From: a virus
Lineage: Duplodnaviria > Caudoviricetes
Strand: one strand, 5' to 3'
Length of the DNA stretch: 64,000 nucleotides
IMG/VR virus record: IMGVR_UViG_3300027759_000084
Location: 1,743-65,742 of that record
Shown: in pieces, positions 60,044 through 64,000 of the stretch
Numbering within the stretch: position 1 is the first letter of the stretch
How the letters are laid out: each line of letters opens with the position of its first letter
The notes under the pieces: model-generated
Database searches by the model: none
The model's input: the letters and a program-made list of their open reading frames with translations, nothing else
Told to the model about the DNA's origin: nothing
Position numbers and translations under genes: made by a program

Positions 60044-61042
60044 TTAATCAACAAAGATTGGGAACGTGACCGTTCTTCCGTATCGCTTGTCAAAGATAAA
60101 GCCAGTCTGTGATGGTGGCTCGTAAGGTGCCTTGATGGCGATGGAGTAAGCATTGAATCCAATCAAGCTCCCGTTACACACCCACTTTGGATTCTGCTGG
60201 CTTTGATGCCAATGACCAAAAATGTCTAGGTCTGCTGGAACACCTTTGTTCCACGAAGAAATAGCCTTCTCAACTGGGATGGTCAACCCACCAACGCCAC
60301 CTTGGTATTGTAAGCCGTCTCCGTGATGAATGCGGAGCGTCTTGCCATAGAGGTCCAGAAGCAAATGATAGCCGTCAGAAACGTGCCAAGAAGCCTTGTC
60401 GGCAAGATGCTTCGCCATTGTTTTGTAAAGCATCCACTCATAGCTGTTGGCAGCGCCTGTGGCATGACGTGGCTTGCGAGTGTTGCGTCCGTGATTCCCG
60501 TAGCAACATGGAATCACAATTTCTCCAAAGTGCTTAGAAAGTAATTCAACCCCACTGGCGATCTGATCTTGAAGCCACAACACTGTCTGCGTTGGAGACA
60601 AAGCGTTATTCTCCAACAGTTCCTCATGGATGTAGCCGGTCATTAAATCGCCGCCCAAAATCAATACAAGGCGATCAATTTTAGCACCATGGCGTTGAAT
60701 CTTCGCCATGCGAATAATCGAGTTCCAAAAGCGATTGATGCGCTGTTCAGCAATATCAAGATTGAACTCGTTGAGGTTGTTGATGGTTTTTCCTTCAACT
60801 GTCTCTTCGACATGCCAATCTGATGCGACGGCTACAAAAGTTGCTTCGGAGTCAAAATCGCTGACCGCATTGATCTTGGATGCAACAGGCTTAACGCCAC
60901 CGATTCCAAGTGCGATATTAAGCTGATTGTCCTTTTCTGAAATGACGTTGAGCAGCTTTTTACGCTCACTCTCAAAGTCAGCCACAGTCTTCTTGTGGCG
61001 AATCTCTTGGGTTTCATGAACAGCAGTGGACCAGTTTTTCAT
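60044..61042 (-). CDS. Calcineurin-like metallophosphoesterase
   Basis: SDWH, GGDL, GNHG, HHGD, GHWH, NGS. Confidence 0.85.
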   Translation of the reverse strand: MKNWSTAVHETQEIRHKKTVADFESERKKLLNVISEKDNQLNIALGIGGVKPVASKINAVSDFDSEATFVAVASDWHVEETVEGKTINNLNEFNLDIAEQRINRFWNSIIRMAKIQRHGAKIDRLVLILGGDLMTGYIHEELLENNALSPTQTVLWLQDQIASGVELLSKHFGEIVIPCCYGNHGRNTRKPRHATGAANSYEWMLYKTMAKHLADKASWHVSDGYHLLLDLYGKTLRIHHGDGLQYQGGVGGLTIPVEKAISSWNKGVPADLDIFGHWHQSQQNPKWVCNGSLIGFNAYSIAIKAPYEPPSQTGFIFDKRYGRTVTFPIFVD

Positions 61043-61288
61043 ATCGCGAGGATAGGTGTTGATGGTTTACTTCTTCATTCCTTTGGGGATCTTCCCGTAT
61101 GGGATTCCAAGGAAGGATAGTGTATCTTTGCCCTGTGTTTTGACGGCTTTCTTGACTGTTTTGGATGGCTTTGTTGGTTTTTTCATTTGGAATATTTTAT
61201 GGTTTTACTGAAACTATTAGCGCCCAGACTGATATGGATACCACTGCAAAACTGAATCCTATAAACTCATTAGCGGTTAAATATAAAC

Positions 61289-61483
61289 TCATGGTTGAAT
61301 ATTGCGAGGAGATTTTGCGCTGGTTCTGCCAAACTCAGCAGTGGCAGCGGAAATAGCGCCAGCTTGACCTCCAGTGAGATAACCAACTCCTCCAGCCACA
61401 GCAATGCGTTTTACGTTGGATGAGTCTGTAATCGAGCAGGAAGACAGTGTTGAGACGACAAGGATAAGTGAGAGGTATTTCAT
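61289..61483 (-). CDS. Small lipoprotein candidate
   Basis: MKYLSLILVVSTLSSC lipobox; ATGA overlap with upstream gene. Confidence 0.55.
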   Translation of the reverse strand: MKYLSLILVVSTLSSCSITDSSNVKRIAVAGGVGYLTGGQAGAISAATAEFGRTSAKSPRNIQP

Positions 61484-61959
61484 GGTGCGGCAACTTGAAC
61501 AAGTAGTGGTGAAATGCCCAAGTGGGCAGGAGAAACTTCTGCTGAAGGAATGCGAAGAAGGAGACGAGTTCCAGCATCCGCTAGCATCTTGTGAACTGCC
61601 TCGGAGCAGAACCATTTGCCATTCTCTCGTGCTGGTTTTTTGGTGACGAATCGAGCAACGCTCCAGTAGTCGTATGGCATTCCAAGCTGGCCCAAGAATA
61701 GGCTAATGGCATGATTGTAATCCTCATCACTCATGCTTGGGATGGCAAACCAGTCGATCAGCCGGTTATCTGATTCGTCCAGAGTGTGGAGTCTGACGCC
61801 CTTGAACTCGCGCGATTCAATGATGCGATTTGTGGTGCCTGGAATAAGCATCGCCGCATGTGAATACTTTGAGCGAGTCTGCTTTTTGATAAGCCAGGAT
61901 ACCACTCCATCGCCATTGAATAGGGCAATGCGAGGCTTCATGTTTGGTTCCATATTCAT
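61480..61959 (-). CDS. Permuted papain-like NlpC/P60 (YiiX/YaeF-like) enzyme
   Basis: YSHAAM precedes G.PYD and WFCSE. Confidence 0.8.
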   Translation of the reverse strand: MNMEPNMKPRIALFNGDGVVSWLIKKQTRSKYSHAAMLIPGTTNRIIESREFKGVRLHTLDESDNRLIDWFAIPSMSDEDYNHAISLFLGQLGMPYDYWSVARFVTKKPARENGKWFCSEAVHKMLADAGTRLLLRIPSAEVSPAHLGISPLLVQVAAP

Positions 61960-62408
61960 GTCAGTGCGTAATCAACGCCAGAGAGGTCAGGCACATCTGC
62001 CCAGTCGTCGGCAGTTGGGTCGAACAAGGTAAATTGCAAGCCTTCTGGCAAATCAAGGATAGCCCAAACGAACACATGGAGATCGTGGCTTGAGCCTTCA
62101 GATGCATTTGCACGCAGCGTTCCAACAGCCCAAGAACAACCTTCCTTGGCGGCGAGTAGTTGCGCGTGATGCACTACTGCACGAGCTTGATCTTCGCACT
62201 CCCACAATTCACTTTGCCAAGGTCTATAGGCTTGGTCAGCAGCCTTACGCAGCATTGGCTTAGACGGGCAAGCCATGACTCCCTTCTGCATGAGGAATCT
62301 GAAATTAGATAGCGTTTTTCCCTCAAGTGCTCGCACTACTAGCGAATTAACCGTGGCCCCGTTTAGGCAGCGAAGTTGTCGCTTAGGTTTTGAGGTGAAA
62401 GGCCACAT
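61956..62408 (-). CDS. Papain/transglutaminase-like fold protein
   Basis: WECEDQA...HVFVW...FDP (Cys-His-Asp order). Confidence 0.5.
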   Translation of the reverse strand: MWPFTSKPKRQLRCLNGATVNSLVVRALEGKTLSNFRFLMQKGVMACPSKPMLRKAADQAYRPWQSELWECEDQARAVVHHAQLLAAKEGCSWAVGTLRANASEGSSHDLHVFVWAILDLPEGLQFTLFDPTADDWADVPDLSGVDYALT

Positions 62409-62411
62409 AAG

Positions 62412-62723
62412 TTAAGGTTTTTTCATGGACTCCTTAATCTCGGTTACTGCTTCTCGAATGTATTGCAAGTCGCGACTCTGAACGGCTGAATCTTTTTGGA
62501 TGGCATTGATGATGGATGAATGCGCCCTCAGTTCTCCTCGCATTTCAGAGCGGTCTGTGCTGGAGATTTTGTCCGCCTCAGCAAGACTGGAGATCCGGCC
62601 TTCTTGAGTTGCTACCCATCCGCCTACGCCAGCGGCACCACTCAAAAGTCCAATGACACCACCAATGAGCCATCGGATGGTTTTGCGAAGTTCGTCAATG
62701 GCGAGAGATTCGTCGTGGCTCAT
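62412..62723 (-). CDS. TM plus coiled-coil protein
   Basis: WLIGGVIGLLSGAAGVGGWV then heptad pattern. Confidence 0.6.
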   Translation of the reverse strand: MSHDESLAIDELRKTIRWLIGGVIGLLSGAAGVGGWVATQEGRISSLAEADKISSTDRSEMRGELRAHSSIINAIQKDSAVQSRDLQYIREAVTEIKESMKKP

Positions 62724-62777
62724 GGTTTGTTAATTAGTTTTGTTCCGCAAGTAATCTGGGGTCACATTCATAAAAAT

Positions 62778-63425
62778 TTACCAAACTGTAATTGGTCCAC
62801 CTCCTGATGGAAGAGTGACGTTAGTTCCAGCAGTCATGTTAGCGACATTGAAAACTGATGTAGCAGTGATTGATCCTGTGCCGCCACCGATGTTGCCGAT
62901 AAGCCCAACTGTGCCGTTGTTGGTGGTGACTGTCCCAGAATTAGATGAGACTGTTGCACCGCTTTCGTTGGTGGTGACCGTGGCGTTGTTGGTGGTGACC
63001 GTGGCGTTGTTGGTGGTGACCGTGCCGTAGTTGTTGGTGACCGTGGAGTTGTTGGTGGTGACCGTGCCGTTGTTGTCTGTGACCGTGCCGTTGTTGTCTG
63101 TGACCGTTTCTACGTTGGTGACGATTGTGCCGCCGCTGGAGTTGGTGATGATTGTGCCTCCGTTGAGGTTGGTCGTGCTGTTGTTGATGGTGACCGTGCC
63201 GACGTTGGTGTTGACCGTTCCGTTGTTGGTGGTGACCGTTCCATAATTGATGACAGTGTTATATCCGCTTGAAGGAATTTCATCAACCATGTTACCAGCA
63301 TTGATTTCGCAATCATCGCTTCCAGTTGGAACAGCATTATTTGGAGTAGTTCCACCTTGGTCTTGAAACCAGTTAGCAGAATCGTTCCAAAGTCCAGAAC
63401 CTTGATCTATGTAGTAAAGATTCAT
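62778..63425 (-). CDS. Thr/Asn heptapeptide-repeat beta-solenoid-like protein
   Basis: About 15 TVTTNNG-like units after a W...NW...P...DD cap. Confidence 0.75.
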   Translation of the reverse strand: MNLYYIDQGSGLWNDSANWFQDQGGTTPNNAVPTGSDDCEINAGNMVDEIPSSGYNTVINYGTVTTNNGTVNTNVGTVTINNSTTNLNGGTIITNSSGGTIVTNVETVTDNNGTVTDNNGTVTTNNSTVTNNYGTVTTNNATVTTNNATVTTNESGATVSSNSGTVTTNNGTVGLIGNIGGGTGSITATSVFNVANMTAGTNVTLPSGGGPITVW

Positions 63426-63832
63426 GCTGTAAATTCTTGGTTACGGACTACCCACCATTTTGAACCACTGTAAATCATCTGAAGGAGTCGAGTGCTACCA
63501 GATGCAACTGCGCCACTAAACGTGGTGTTAGTAGGTGTGACAATGTTAGTTCCTAGAGTGACGGTTCTGATAGCTCCAGAAGCAATCAAACGAATCTGCC
63601 AAGTGCTGCCGTTTGAACCGCCAGTAGGACCGTTAAGGGTCAAATTTCCCGTCATGGCAATTTGACGATTCTGACCATCAGTAAAAACTGGAGTTACTGC
63701 TACAGCGTAGGGAATGCTTGTTGGTGCTGTATCTGCACCGCCACCAGATGCAGCAGCAAGTCTAATGGCATTAAGCAATGTCGGAACACTAACAGGAGGC
63801 GGAACTGGCAATGTTTGAGGTATTCCAGGCAT
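63422..63832 (-). CDS. Fibre-associated beta-domain protein
   Basis: TGNLTL..P..G..G..I.....G..RTVT...YSGSKWW. Confidence 0.55.
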   Translation of the reverse strand: MPGIPQTLPVPPPVSVPTLLNAIRLAAASGGGADTAPTSIPYAVAVTPVFTDGQNRQIAMTGNLTLNGPTGGSNGSTWQIRLIASGAIRTVTLGTNIVTPTNTTFSGAVASGSTRLLQMIYSGSKWWVVRNQEFTA

Positions 63833-63837
63833 AATAG

Positions 63838-64000
63838 TCAGGATTGAAGCTGTCCTTGTGTGGCAAGAAGTGTCGCGTAGATCAAAGTTGGAATGCTAAC
63901 AGGTGGCGCTGGAACAATAAGTGCATTTGTTGAAATGGCACCAGAATAATTGCGATTCACAAACGCAATGCGGATAGAGTTCCATAGCTGAGCTTCTGAC
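63838..64000 (-). CDS. Partial gene (C-terminus only)
   Basis: ...SEAQLWNSIRIAFVNRNYSGAISTNALIVPAPPVSIPTLIYATLLATQGQLQS*. Confidence 0.6.
   Translation of the reverse strand, partial: SEAQLWNSIRIAFVNRNYSGAISTNALIVPAPPVSIPTLIYATLLATQGQLQS

Noticed and set aside
62900-63240. Diversity-generating retroelement template (AAC-rich repeats)
   Set aside because: No reverse transcriptase and no second copy differing only at adenines was seen
1-64000. Prophage boundaries, integrase or alternative genetic code
   Set aside because: No host genes or recombinase recognised; long genes are open in the standard code and all three stop codons are used

Overview
This 64 kb window looks like most of a tailed dsDNA phage genome (Caudoviricetes). 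The layout is podovirus-like: a giant internal virion protein is present and no tape measure, sheath or DNA polymerase is recognisable. Minus-strand virion genes run off both ends (a fibre gene at 1..1831 missed by the ORF track, and a partial gene at 63838..64000), consistent with a circularly permuted genome slightly longer than the window. Modules: portal-scaffold-capsid-fibre (1-9.3 kb); glycosyltransferase/methyltransferase cluster I (9.3-12.6 kb); small accessory genes and TerS-like gene (12.8-22.2 kb); a plus-strand early/replication arm with RecT, RecE-like nuclease, SSB-like, RusA-like, an iteron-bearing initiator and a primase-helicase (22.4-34.4 kb); a 3554-aa polyvalent virion protein and other ejection/tail genes (34.4-49.4 kb); a mucin-like gene with glycosyltransferase cluster II (49.5-52.4 kb); then terminase large subunit, lysis and protease genes (55.5-64 kb). 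About six HNH-type endonucleases are scattered through it. Top leads: (1) integron attC-like cassette signatures with no integrase in view; (2) a mucin-like Ser/Thr protein coupled to glycan-synthesis genes, one of which is frameshifted at a T10 tract; (3) the polyvalent protein carrying a lyase-like, three zincin and one methyltransferase domain; (4) a RusA-like fold split over two overlapping frames at an in-phase A_AAA_AAG site; (5) candidate structured RNAs. All family calls are motif recognition by eye; no searches were run.
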